Assembly: GCF_006345805.1 (NCBI RefSeq) | Contig: NC_043002.1 | Location: forward strand, 22,010,001 to 22,074,000 | Source of the DNA: Octopus sinensis | Lineage: Eukaryota | Direction of reading: 5' to 3' | DNA: 64,000 nucleotides | Shown: positions 37,345-50,133 of the stretch, piece after piece | Numbering within the stretch: the stretch's first letter is position 1 | Layout: every line of letters begins with the position of its first letter | Translations under genes and position numbers: made by a program | Notes under the pieces: generated by a model | Seen by the model: the letters and a program-made list of their open reading frames with translations, nothing else | The model's database searches: none | What the model was told of the DNA's origin: nothing

Positions 37345-40254
37345 CACATGCATTCATACGTACATAAACAACACAGATGCGCGCGCATCTACAAATGAAT
37401 TAAGCAAAACAAAGCACCGTTTAGATTTGCAGAACAGGGTATTATTCAATAAAAGCTGGTTATAAACTTTTATATTAAAACTTATAGTTTCCTCATAATA
37501 TTATTCTTCGTGCAGTGTGAAGCAAGATCAATTGTTACGCCTGGATATGTTGATTCTTAAGACAAGATTGAAAATCTCTTTCTTTAGTACGGTGATGTGT
37601 TTGAATTGTGCGACAGGCGTTTTATTTGGTTGTTGCATTATTGGTATTCGTGTATCTGTGTGTTCGAAGATTCTGAATTTCTGTTTGTGTGCGTGTTGGC
37701 AGAGTATAAAGTGTATACATGTGTGTGTGTATGAGAGTTTGTGTGCATATGTGCTTGTATTTACAGGTGCATGTGTGAATGAATGCCTTGTGTGTATGGG
37801 TCTCTGTGAGCGTATTAACTCACACTCGTTTGTTTGTATCTTGCTTTGTGTCCGATAGAAAATATGCATTTGTCTGTTCATGTTTCAGGAGAAAACGGTG
37901 TTGTTGATGCGCAGATTTATTAAAAATGGTCGTAAAAGCCTTTTCCATTGTGAATTTCTGAAAACCAGCCTTTGTATGAAAGAATAGAGGGTCTGATCTA
38001 TTGAGGTAATATATGAGCGTGTAGTTGAGCGTGGAAGATTTGTGGTTCAGTGAGATCACTCTGTCGTTATTGATAGCTTGATCGGCAAGCTATCAATATA
38101 ATATTTGAAGAGGGATTTGAAAAAACGAAACCGATAAAGAAAATCTATTCTACTGAGAGTTCATGTTATCGCTGTCGAAATGCTGCTCTTGTATTTAAGG
38201 AGATACTTTACAATGTAAGGATATAAACAGAACGTTTATTGAATGTTTTGGTTTCCTGTTTCAGAGTCGGCAGCGTTTCTAGAGCAAAAAGATTGCATAA
38301 AATATTTGTGCTTTACTTGAAAGTTCCCATGCAATGATATAAGGCATATTGTTATTTTTCTAAAACCAGATATGTGCCGTTAGTTTTGTGTCCAGATTCC
38401 TTTGATTGTTCGGAATGTGTACATATGTTGATAAAATCTATTCATAGAAAGGCGTCCCTATATAGTTAATGCGGTTAGCGGTCATTTCTATGTAATCAAT
38501 ACCGTTTCGGTAAATTTTAAATGTGACAGTGTTAACAGATTTCCCAGGCAGTTGCTGTTTGGTTGAATGTGTAATGTTGTTTGTAAGTGATATGAGTAAT
38601 CTTTCACATAACCGATGCACTGTTGTCTTAATGTACAAATCTAGAAACTTCCTGGGCATTGTTGTTAGTTTTTATCGATATTTCTGACGATTATCCTTAT
38701 TCGGTTTTTGGTTGGGTTGACAAGCCTTTCCAGTGACACAAAAACACAACAGGCAAGATTTCTAACAGACATGCTAGATACATACACAATCACTAAGACC
38801 TCCAATAGATATACACTTTCACATATGCAATCACAAACACACGTTCCAGTAAATAAAATCTACATACACATGCGCGCACACACACGCACAAACACATTAA
38901 ACGCTTAAAAACGAGCGTACTGTTTAACCGGCATTGGTTAAGCAGTACATATTTATAGACACAAAGAACGCATTGATGCAACAGCCAATAAACCGCGTGC
39001 ATCCCGATTAAAAATACCTCTTTATGAAAACAGCTAGTTGCTTCTATTCTTGTCTTAATTAGCAGGTGGAATAGTGGATTCTACCTTACAATGCCTGAAG
39101 AACCCTGCAATGGGGAAACTAGCAGTTGTAATATAAAATGGGATATCAGATACTAAATAATCTTCCCCTCTATGTTTTTCTATACACACACATATTGATA
39201 TTCTACTCCACTCACATACATCTCCAAATACCCCTCTACACACACACACACACACACATCCTTAGTATATTTGGTACGACTTCGTAAAAAATACCCCCAG
39301 GGAACAGACTGAGGGAGAACTAAATGCATTTATAAAATAACAATTATACTATAATTATCGGGAAGTTCAATGTGCAGACACACATGCGTGCATGTATGTA
39401 TGTATGTATGTATGTATGTGTATGTATGTATGTATGTATGTATGTATGTATGTATGTGTGCCTTTATGTATGTATGTGTGCATGCATGCATGTGCATATA
39501 TGTATATGTATGTACATATATACACATTTGTATGCATATATTAGTATGCTCTCTCTATATATATACGTGTGTGTGTGTGCGTGTGTTTATGTATATATAT
39601 ACTCATATATAAAGCTGCAAAAGCATCACATATATATATATATATATATAGGCATTTATTTATGTGTAAATTATATTATATATGTACATACATATATGTA
39701 GATGCGTAGGTGTGTGTGTATATATATATATATATATTTGTGACATTTTGTGTGCATGTATATATATATATAGACATACACATAAACATATATATACTTA
39801 TATAAACAGTTGCACACATACACAATGTATGTATGTATGTATGTATGTATGTATGTATGCGTACGTTTGTGAGTGTATGTGTAAGTGCGTATATATGTAT
39901 CATCAACCGGAAGAACGCGGTTTTGTTTCTTGAGTTAGATCTCCATAAGTTCTGACTCGTTAATCTCACAGATACAGGCGCCATATAATAATAAAAAAAT
40001 GAGTTGGAACCAGCAGTAAGATTGTCTTCAATACGATCAAAACACTACTGCTCATGCATAGTGTATATTACTAACGAGAATTGAAACTATGACCTTCCGG
40101 TTGTACTCAATATGTTATTTTGCTAATTCCGTGATTGTCTTCTTTTTTTTCTTTTCAAGCCGAAAATTTCTTTACAATAACTTCATTAAATAAGTTTACA
40201 TAAAGAGAATTTATTAATTTACATGCTGTGTTATGTTTTCTTTACTGATAATCT

Positions 40255-40304
<50 letters not shown>

Positions 40305-40477
40305 CTTTCCGTTGGGGTTTAAGCACTTTTCAATGGAATCCAAGTCAGCAGGTCGTGAAGAAAATGACAAGGCCTTCTGAGTTAAGACTGCGCGGTAGAT
40401 TGGGCAAGTGGCTTCTACGAGAGCCGACGAATGCTTTGAAAGTAAATTTGGTAAACGAAAACTGTGTCGAAACCCGT

Positions 40478-40513
<36 letters not shown>

Positions 40514-41465
40514 AGATGAACCAACTTCACGGCAGGAGGTGCAGATGAGGGCAGCTGCATCGAACTCTCTCATGCACCAAATGGCAGTTGCTAAAAAGCA
40601 TTCGTGAAGTAAAACCATGTAGCAACACCAAATGGCGGTGCCCCAGCACGGCCACAGCTCGTGAGCTGAAACTAGAATCAATCATATATATATGTATGTG
40701 TTGTGTGTGTTGTGTGTGTGTGTGTGTGTGTGTGTGAAGGCAGCCCCTTTAAGCAATGCCTGAGCAATCACAAGTTCTCTTTTAGGATCCTGGGATGATT
40801 CAACATCACGTCCCTGGCCTGTCACTCATGACGCTTAAAAGAGGAGAGCACGCTATGCATAGTTAAATGGAAGCTCTCAAACGACCAGGGTCGTATATCA
40901 ATGGGAACAAACGATGTAAGCTTTGCTTGGAACAGAGAGAGAGAGAGAGAGAGAGAGGATCCTAAAAAACTGGCTTGACCTAGGGACCCTTTTTAATCTC
41001 CAGGAAAGAAATGTTTAGTCAATGCCCTTATGAAAGACGTTACGTTTCTTGTTGCAAGCTTGGCATTCCCCGTTCGTCGAATAGATCTACGACAGCAATT
41101 TCGGAAATCATTGTTGGAACCGACGTAAGATAACCTCGTCCCTCCTGAAACGCTACCAGCAGGATGTATATACATTTTGATTACAAAACCTACCATGACG
41201 TTTTTCTCCCTCCAGTTATATACAGGATATGTATCTTCGGCTATCTAAGTCTGGCGAGTTGCCTATAGGTGTGGAACTGATCGGCCATAACAATCCACCT
41301 TCTATAAATATACTCTAATGTTTTTACTACTCTAATGTTTTATAGTGGACTCTTAGAGTGGGCATTTTCGGACATATGAACTACTGACGATACATACATA
41401 CATACATACATACATACATACATACATACATACATACATACATACACACACACACACGCACACAT

Positions 41466-41516
<51 letters not shown>

Positions 41517-41699
41517 GACTGCAATTTATAGGAAAGAGCCAGGGAGATAATTACAAAGTAGCTAAATGTTGCTTCAAATGTCTTAGGAAACCATCATCAC
41601 ACTTGTGTGTGATTTGATTCCGGGATAGGTAAGTCGTATTTGGGAGAAAATAGGAAAAATTGAAAACGCTCAGGATGTTATTAAAACATTTATATCCCC

Positions 41700-41789
41700 A
41701 TATCTTCTATATATGTTTCGATGGATTCAAAATATGTCCGACAGAAAGCATTATGGTCAGCTATGCATCAATCTCATCAGGAAAGATAT
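41700..41789 (-). ncRNA. Degenerate type I hammerhead motif
   Basis: Minus strand: ATATCTTTC-CTGATGA (41774-80)-GATTGAT...ATCCATC-GAAAC-ATAT-ATA-GAAGATAT. The core is intact but there is a C15.2/A16.2 mismatch and a bulge in stem I. Confidence 0.4.
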
Positions 41790-41961
41790 AAACAACACTA
41801 CTCATCAAATAGACGTCGAAATGGGCATTAATACGCTTGCTAGTGCCCATGTTTGCCCATCGTGGATTTATATCCCTAAAACCCTTCAAGGCGGTGCTCT
41901 AGCATGGTCGAAATCCGATGTCTGAAACAAATAGAAAATAGAGCTAAAAGAATGTTTTTAC

Positions 41962-42365
41962 AGGCGTAGGAGTGGCAGTGTGGTAAGTAGCTTGTTTGCG
42001 AACCACATGGTTCCTGGTTCGGTCCCACTGCGTGGCACCTTGGGAAATATCTTCTACTGTAGCCTCGGGCCGACCAAAGCCTTGTGAGTGGATTTTGTAG
42101 ACGGAAATTGAAAGAAGCCCGTGGTATATATGTATATATGTATATATATATATGTATGTATGTGTGCGTCTGTGTTTGTCCCCCCAACATCGCTTGACAA
42201 CCGATGCTAGTGTGTTTACGTCCCCGTAACTTAGCGGTTCGGCAAAAGAGACCGATAGAATAAGTACTAGGCTTACAAAGAATAAGTTCTGGGGTCGATT
42301 TGCTCGACTAAAGACTGTGCCCCAGCATGGCCACAGTCAAATGACTGAAACGAGTAAAAGAGTAA
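41962..42365 (+). mobile_element. SINE family A
   Basis: Complete head, body and GTAAAAGAGTAA tail. Confidence 0.85.
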
Positions 42366-42918
42366 GACTAGACCTATGGTCAGGAAGATCAACGCTGAAT
42401 CTGTATGTTGGAATCCTCCTGAAAACTTCATCTTGATTTCGTCAGAGTAGTTGGATACAAATAATGATGAAGTAGGTCAGGCAGACATTGCGCCACGGTG
42501 CTTAATTAACTGTGACACTCATGGCTTTTGTGTTGCCTTCTCATTGGCACATAATAGTGCCAAACAAGTAATGGCGAAGCTATAATATTTGCCGCCCGAG
42601 ACAAACCTTGAGATTTCCATCCAAGACAGTCCTTACGTTTTCCACCCTCTGGCGGAGTACCCAAGCATATATACTGGCTTACATAGTAGATCCAAAAATG
42701 CCGCCCCCATAAAAGCGGTGCTCGAACAGGCAGAAGTAAAATGTAGCGCTATCACGATCAGGTGTTGATTGCAGGAATATCTTAGTACAGTCACAAGACA
42801 TCAAGTGAAAAGACAAATATACATACAAAATCGTCTGTAAGGTTTCAGAGTCCATAAAAGCAGGACTAAAGAGGTCTGGTTAATAATCATGTTTAGTAAC
42901 GAAACACCCAGTTAAATA

Positions 42919-43290
42919 TTGGGTTGTCCGGAACGTTCGTACCGATTTTTAAAGGAACGACAAACGGTCAATAAACACTTGCTATTACATTTTTAATCAA
43001 ACAAATATGAACCATTTTGTTGCACAATGCGTCTCCATCTTTCCTTTAACTTGAAAATATCCTCTTCCCAAAATTGAGGTGGTTTCATGGCAAAGAATAC
43101 GTCAAGGTATCGTTTTACATCAACCAAGGTATTGAAATTTTTACCATCAAGACTATTCTGCAGAGACCTGAATAGGTGAAAATCCAAAGGAGCAATATCT
43201 GATGAATATGGAGGGTGGGCTAACACATCCCAGACGAGCAGCAGCAATTCTTGTCTGGTTCCCAAAGGATCAAGGGCTGAAAATGAACTT
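42919..43290 (-). mobile_element. mariner transposon fragment (transposase C-terminus + one TIR)
   Basis: ORF 42993-43265 WDVLAHPPYSSDIAPLDFHLFRSLQNSLDGKNF..WRRIVQQNGSYLFD carries the mariner HPPYSPDLAP-type motif. TA followed by TTGGGTTGTCCGGAA from 42919. Confidence 0.85.
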
Positions 43291-43904
43291 TCTTATCTTC
43301 CATTTTAAAGGGTTACAAAATTAACACAGGTTATAGGAACATAAACCTTCTTCCACGAAAAGATAGCTTAAACTGAGCTCTATGACTTTTAATTATTATC
43401 CATTAAGGACTATACAGAGAAAATGACAATACAATCACGAATGATACAGAGCAATTTGGGGTCGATTAAAATTTAACATGATTATATAATTAACGAATGA
43501 TTCAACAAATACAAGGGACGTTTTTACAAATGCAGTGGGTCGGGTTTTTTTCGGACCCCACGAATTCCGCCTCATCACTGACCTCAGTTTTTTTAGCGTA
43601 TCTCGTATCCACGAGGGACCTTTTATACACCACATTCTTCCATCTTTCATCGAACACTGGACTGGAACAACATGGAATAAAGCGCTTTGCTCAGGGAGAA
43701 CGCGCCGCCGGGAACCGAACTTGCGACCTTACAGTCGTGAGGCTAATACCCTTACCAATAAGGCACTGGATGGAACCATTAACTCTGTATAACTTACCTG
43801 AATATTCTGAAGACGGCCTTGCCTTTCCGTACGGATATTCATTATTGCATTATATCCCATGATGGTGTGCCAATAAAATTCGTTAAAGAATAAAGGCGGC
43901 GAGC

Positions 43905-44137
43905 TGGAAGAATCGTTAGCCCGCATGTGTGCAGATAGATAGATGGCGAGCTGGCAGAAACATTAGCACGCCGGGCAAAATGCGTAGCCATATTTCGTCT
44001 GCTGCTACGTTCTGAGTTCAAATTCCGCCGAGGCCGACTTTGCCTTTCATCATTTCGGGGTCGATAAATTAAGTACCAGTTGCGTACTGGATTCGATCTA
44101 ATTACAAATTTCGGGCCTTGTGCCTAGAGTAGAAAAG
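43905..44137 (+). mobile_element. SINE family B' monomer (alternative tail CGGGCCTTGTGCCTAGAGTAGAAAAGA) with TSD
   Basis: Flanking repeat AATAAAATTCGTTAAAGAA on both sides (~43872-43890 and ~44138-44156). Confidence 0.75.
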
Positions 44138-44221
44138 AATAAAATTCGTTAAAGAACGATATTTCTTTGGTAAATTGGCTCCAGTCATTTCCTTGTCCAT
44201 AAAACGTATACAAGATTTTCT

Positions 44222-44466
44222 TTTACTTGTTTCAGTCATTTGACTGCGGCCATTACATAAGCGTAATACTTATTGTGTCGGTCTCTCTTTTGTCGAACCG
44301 CTAAGTTACGGAGGACGTCAACACACCAACATCGGTTGTCAAGCGACGGAGGGTGGACAACACACACACATGAACTCTCTCCCTCACACACACACACACA
44401 AACATATATGTATATATACACACACACACATATATATATATATACACACACACACACATATATATA

Positions 44467-44517
<51 letters not shown>

Positions 44518-44670
44518 GATGTGCTTCTTTCAGTTTCCGTCTGCCAAATCCACTCACAACGCTTTAGTCGGCCCGAGGCTATAGTAGAACACACTTGCCC
44601 AAGGTGCCACACGGTGGGACTGAGCCCGGAACTATGTGGTTGGGAAGCAGGTTTCTTACCACACAGCCAC
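44222..44670 (-). mobile_element. SINE family A
   Basis: Reverse-complement consensus with internal (CA)/(TA)/(TG) expansion. Confidence 0.8.
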
Positions 44671-44994
44671 ATCTTTTGTTTTTCAGTCATTAGGTTGTGG
44701 CCATGTTGGGGCATCGCTTTGAAGAATTTTAGTCGAACGAATCGATCCCAGTACTTATTATTTTTTAAGCCACTCTAACTTACGGGGAGATAACACCGGC
44801 TGTCAAGCGGTGGCGAGGAGGAAACAGACACAAATGCACACACATTTGTATTCCACGGGCTTCTTTCAGTTTCCGTCTACCAAATTCATTCAAAAAGGTT
44901 TTGGTCGACCCGAGGTTGTAGTGGAAGCCCCTTGCCAAAGGTACCTCGCAGTGGGACTGAACACAGAAGTATGTGATTGGGAAGCAAGCTTCTC

Positions 44995-47421
44995 TATTTC
45001 ATTACATTTGCCATGAAGGCAGTACATAGAGTAAAGTAGCTTTGCGGGCTGGACGAGGACATTAATGAAATGAATGATAATGAAAGAAAGATGATAAGGA
45101 TGGGAGAAGACAAAAAGCGCCCGCCGACTTCTGCTTCTCTAAAACATTGTTCTTTAAAACCAAACACAAAACGAGGTATTAAACCTCTTACAACTTTTAC
45201 AGCTTTTCAATTTTTGGACTTAACAGTCCATTACAAACAACAACATAGTTCAATAATTACATATAATATAAATACAATACACAAAGCCCCTCCTCCCAGA
45301 CCTGGCTTACACTTCCCTTAGGAATGCGCCAGCTCTAGGTCGGGGCCCCTCAAGTCGTATCTAAACATGTCCTATCAAACGTAAAAAATACATTATCACT
45401 CCTCCCTTCCTCCTCTTTCCGAACCTCCAGTCAAATATCTAGCCGCCTGCAGAATAGACCACGTTGACAGCTGGGGAGTTCAGAAAGAAAGCGAAGTGCC
45501 TATTATCAAATGTTTGTGTCACACAGTGCCACAATTTATGACTCGTCCTCAAAATAACTTGTGCCCGCATCCTCTGCCATCCTCCACGCCTCTACCAAAA
45601 CCACATCGAGTTCCGTGTTAGCGTTGCCCGGGAACAAGCGATATTCCTCATTGAGCTCCTCCAGCTCAAACGTCACGTCGAACGTCGTGGCCTCCACAGC
45701 TATCTGCGGAGGCCATTCGGGGTCCTGTCTGAAGGCTGAATGTGCTCCCTTATGGTGCTTTTCCATCATCTTTTCAATCTCTCCGCCTCTATGGAAGAAG
45801 ATCAATACATCGTCTTTCCCCGGGGGCGGGATATTCAATTCTTTCATTGGCGGCACAGTTCCCGCCAACGGTGTTTCTTCTGTCGGTGGCACAACTCCAA
45901 CTGACGTAGTTCCGGGACATTCCGGTACTATGTCACCGACTGCCGGCAATGTCCCGTTTCTCTTCCTCTTCCTCTTTTTTTCTTTTAAACTGAGGGAGGG
46001 TGCGTCTCCTCCGTGACCGGAAGATTCGCCTTTCCCTCCTCATCCCTAGGATCCTTTGGTGAGCACCCATTCTTCCTCACCTTCTTCCTCTTTCGGCCCT
46101 CTTCGGTTTGAGGAGTCCTCCGCTTCCTCGGCCGTCTTCATTCCCTCTTCTACAGGGGTTTCACTTAACTGCTCCGGGATCTTATTTTGTTCCCGGGGAC
46201 AGTTTTTCTTTATATGGCCGAACTCCAGGCACCGATGACACCTGGGGTGGGGGGGCCACCCTTAAGTATCACCGGGTACCTGCACCCGGCCATTTTCAAA
46301 AAATCTGGAAAAACCAGATTGGCTGATTGGGTCCAAAGGGTCAAAATTGCTTTTGACCCAACCCAAACAGCCGCAGGAAGAACTTTCACATTAAGAAGCT
46401 TGGTCTCGCTGCCACCCAGACCCCGGCGAATAGTTTCCTCTATCCACTCGGGTTTTATCCCGGGTGGCAGCCCGCAGATCCAAGCTTTCGTTAACCTCTT
46501 CCCATGATACGTGGGAAGAAATAAAATTTCCTTACCCTCCAGGGGTTGACTAGCAAGTTTGCGAGCCTCTTCAGTGGTGTCAAATAGCAACCACACCGTT
46601 GCATATCTGACACCCCTGGAAATGAATTTAATTGTTGGCAAATACTCTGCCAGCTCCTTTTCAATTGCCGTCTTTTCGAATAGGGTGATGGTGTCGAGTG
46701 CCTTGGAATAGGTTCTCAACACCACTGTCCTATCTTCACGGTCTTTTAACCACTTTTTAGGCGGTATAATCTCCCACTCCAAAATTGCCATGTTTCTTTT
46801 TTTTTCTTTTTTTAATATATTCAAAATAAAACTTAAAAAGCGAGAAGAAAAAAGAAATCAAAAGAAAGTCACAATAAACAAAATGGAGAAAGTCAAATAA
46901 AGTTTAGAAGAAAGTCAATAGTTCAGGAACACAGCAAAAAAAATCTTCCGGCCATTCGGTACTCCCGGCCTAGGTTGAACCCGGAACGCCACAACTGGAA
47001 CACGACTTCCACAAAAATTGATATACAAATTGTTCAATCTTCGGAGGCAAAACACTCCCCCAAACAGCAGTTCTCACAATTATTAAAGTTCTTCAAAAGG
47101 CACAATACAAGCAATAATTCTCATAATTAAGTGAGAAAAATATTCACTCAACATAAATCGAAGACGAATTCGCCCCCAAACAAAAATTCTCACAATTCAG
47201 CGAGAAAAATTATTTGCCCCATGTAGGCAGAACCAGAATTCTGAATCCAGTAGGAATTCCTGCCTGTACAAAAACAATTCTCAACAAAAATTCCCACTAG
47301 ACCCAAAAAACAGAATCTTACCTTACAATGGGAGCTTCAAAGTTTTTCAATTCGAGACGGCTTCAAAAGCATGAATCACCTCTTTGGTGCCGAACACCAT
47401 AATTATTCGCACATGCGCAGT
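44995..47421 (-). mobile_element. Non-autonomous ORF1-only Tx1-like retroelement (2427 bp) with 15-bp target-site duplication
   Basis: Exact direct repeat GGAAGCAAGCTTCTC at 44980-44994 and 47422-47436 splits a SINE-A head that resumes correctly afterwards. ORF1 from ATG 46791 has a CCHC knuckle CHRCLEFGHIKKNC (46199-46240) after a frameshift in a homopolymer run. No APE/RT motif is recognisable between the ORF end (45536) and the 3' end ...ATGAAATA. Confidence 0.85.
45536..46791 (-). pseudogene. ORF1 homologous to the Tx1 ORF1 at 21312-22911, with frameshifts/stops
   Basis: Manual alignment with the LINE ORF1: EDRTVVLRT/ERKTVIYKT; FISRGVRYATVWLLF/YITRGSRFGTVEVRF; FLPTYHG/LLPFYLG; GLPPGI/DIPPEI; PRCHRCLEFGHIKKNC/PRCYKCGKKGHIRSSC. 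In-frame stops at 46046-46048 and 46040-46042. Confidence 0.8.
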
Positions 47422-47637
47422 GGAAGCAAGCTTCTCACCATACAACCACGCCTGCAAAGAATATTTTTTGCATTAATTTTGTATACAAAAGAGTAAAAAT
47501 TGCAGGTCTCTCAACAGAATATAAACTCTAGATAACCGTACAAATTTTGTGGGAAAAAAAAATGCAACTTGACTGCATCTTCACTAATTTGAACTATATT
47601 TTAATTGTAGATTGTATAACACAGATATATATTTTTC

Positions 47638-48026
47638 TACTCTAGGCACAAGGCCCGAAATTTTGGAGGAGGGTGCAAGTCGATTAGATCGACCCCAGTA
47701 TGCAACTGGTACTTTATTTATCGACCCCGAAACGATGAAAGGCATAGTCGACCTCAGCGGAATTTAAACTCAGAACGTAAAGACAGACGAAATACCTATT
47801 TCTTTACTACCCACAAGGGGCTAAACACAGAAGAGACAAACAAGGACAGACAGACGGATTAAGTTGATTACATCGACCCCAGTGCGTAACTGGTACTTGA
47901 TTTATCGACCCCGAAAGGATGAAAAGTAAAGTCGATCCCATGGAATTTGAACTCAGAACGTAAAGACAGACGAAATACCACTAAGCATTTCGCCCGGCGT
48001 GCTAACGATTCTGCCAGCTCGCCGCC
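47638..48026 (-). mobile_element. SINE B/B' composite
   Basis: Minus strand: head-body-B tail|GGTATTTCGTCTG-body-B' tail. Confidence 0.8.
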
Positions 48027-48107
48027 CTATATGACACTGATATTTGAGTTATCTACCAGAAAAATCGTGTCCAAACATAAAACACTTAAGTGCATGCACA
48101 TGTATGC

Positions 48108-48182
<75 letters not shown>

Positions 48183-49050
48183 CCGCGCGTCTGTGGTGGG
48201 CGAATGTCAAGGCTACTTGATATATTTGGTAACTGATAGAACTAGAGTCATAGGTCAGTATATATTTCATTTTTGCTTTTACTGTTTGAAATATTCAGAT
48301 GTTGGAAACGAGGGAGGAAGAGAAGGGGGTCTGCGGGTCGAGATTTTCACATTATTACAAAGAATAGTGGGGATGCGGCGAACAGACAAAATATTTAGCG
48401 GCTTTACCTTGAGTTCAAGTGCCACAGAATACAACTTTGCCCTTTGTCTTTTTGGGGTCGATAAAATAAATAGCAGTTGAATATTGGGTTCCACGTCAAT
48501 GACCAGCACCCTCTCCCAAAGTTGCAGGTCCTGTGCTCTATAATATATTTGTAACTATAAAATACAAGTATTAGATCGACTCCAGTATGCAACTGGTACT
48601 TTATTTATCGACCCCGAAACGATGAAAGGCAAAGTCCAGGCAACAAGCTGGCAAAATGGTTAGCATGCCGAACAAAATGCTTTGTGGAATGTTTTCGGGC
48701 TTTACATTCTGAGTTCAAATTCCACCGAAGTCGACTTAGCCTTTCATCCTTTCGATGAAATAAGCACCAGTCAATCACTAGAGTCGATGTAATCGACTGG
48801 GCTCCTCCCCTAAATGTTCAGGTCTTGTGCATACAGTAGAACGTCGAAAATAATGCGTATTGACGTTTAAGGTTTGAGTTGAAATGCGGCCGAGATTGAC
48901 TCCGCCTTTCATTCTTTCAGGGTCGATAAAATAACGTCATAGGGTGAATGTAATCGACGAAACCGCTCCTCTAAAACTTGGTAGCTTTATTAAGAAATTT
49001 GAGACCGTAAATTCCGACGGGGTATTAGCGATCCCTACTGCATGCCATAT

Positions 49051-49438
49051 GGAAGCACTCCGTCGGTTGCGACGACGAGGGTTCCAGTTGATCCGATCAA
49101 CGGAACAGCCTGCTCGTGAAATTAACTTGTAAGTGGCTGAGCACTCCACAGACACGTGCACCCTTAACGTAATTCTCGGGGATATTCAGCGTGACACAGA
49201 GAGTGACAAGGCCGGCCCTTTGAAATACAGGTACAACAGAAACAGGAAGTAAGAGTGAGAGAAAGTTGTGGTGAAAGCGTACAGCAGGGATCACCACCAT
49301 CCCCGCCGGAGCCTCGTAGAGCTTTTTTTTGGGTGTTTTTTCGCTCAATAAACACTCACAACGCCCGATTTGGGAATCGAAACCGCGATCCTATGACCGC
49401 AGGTCCGCTGCCCTAACCACTGGGCCATTGCGCCTCCA
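49051..49438 (-). mobile_element. SINE family C
   Basis: Same family as 36873-37224. Confidence 0.8.
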
Positions 49439-49916
49439 CGCATGCCATAAATAAGTAAATTAATGAATAAAAAAACAAAAAAAAACACTGGCCTTGTGAA
49501 TAAATTAGAAGCCATTAATTCGGAACAACAATAATGAGCAAAAGAAGCAATTAAAATGTTTCAAGTTATATTTCAAGGGAGATAACTCTATAATACTGTA
49601 GTATTTGTTACTTCCCTTAAGAAGGTTTTTTTTTCTCGAACAAATGTGTTGTACGTTGCTTCATGTACTGTGTTTTACCGACGAGAAAAAAAAAGAAAAA
49701 AAAGTAAAGAAAAAAGGAAAAGAAAAGAAAAGAATTTTTTTTTTTTAAATAAAAAGTTTGTGCAGTATTTTATTGACTTACTGTAACTATCCACATTAGA
49801 TGCTTATAATATTCCAATCGAGCATGGACCTTTAATACTTTTTGCTTTTTAGTTATTGGCATAGATCAGTGCATGTTATGTTAAATTCTTAATAAATTTA
49901 ATAAAGAGTGTGTGAA

Positions 49917-50133
49917 CAAGGGGCTAAACATAGAGGGGACAAACAAGGACAGACAAACGGATTAAGTCGATTACATCGACCCCAGTGCGTAACTGGTACT
50001 TAATTTATCGACCCCGAAAGGATGAAAGGTAAAGTCGACCTCGGCGGAATTTGAACTCAGAACGTAACGGCAGACGAAATACCGCAAAGCATTTCGCCCG
50101 ACGTGCTAACGTTTCTCCCAGCTCGCCGCCTTC
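49917..50133 (-). mobile_element. SINE family B monomer (tail clipped)
   Basis: Reverse-complement head and body. Confidence 0.8.

Larger units (their letters stand above)
44680..47455 (-). mobile_element. SINE family A copy interrupted by the ORF1-only element (SINE sequence at ~44680-44994 and 47422-47455)
   Basis: Removing 44995-47421 and one TSD copy restores ATGTGATTGGGAAGCAAGCTTCTCACCATACAACCACGCCTGC, matching the SINE-A head. Confidence 0.85.

Noticed and set aside
37890-38005. Exon-like segment with good acceptor and donor
   Set aside because: Stops in all three frames and no homology; cannot be supported as coding, and there is no evidence for a non-coding exon.
45561-46016. 151-aa plus-strand ORF
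   Set aside because: Antisense shadow of the ORF1-only element's C-terminal coding region.
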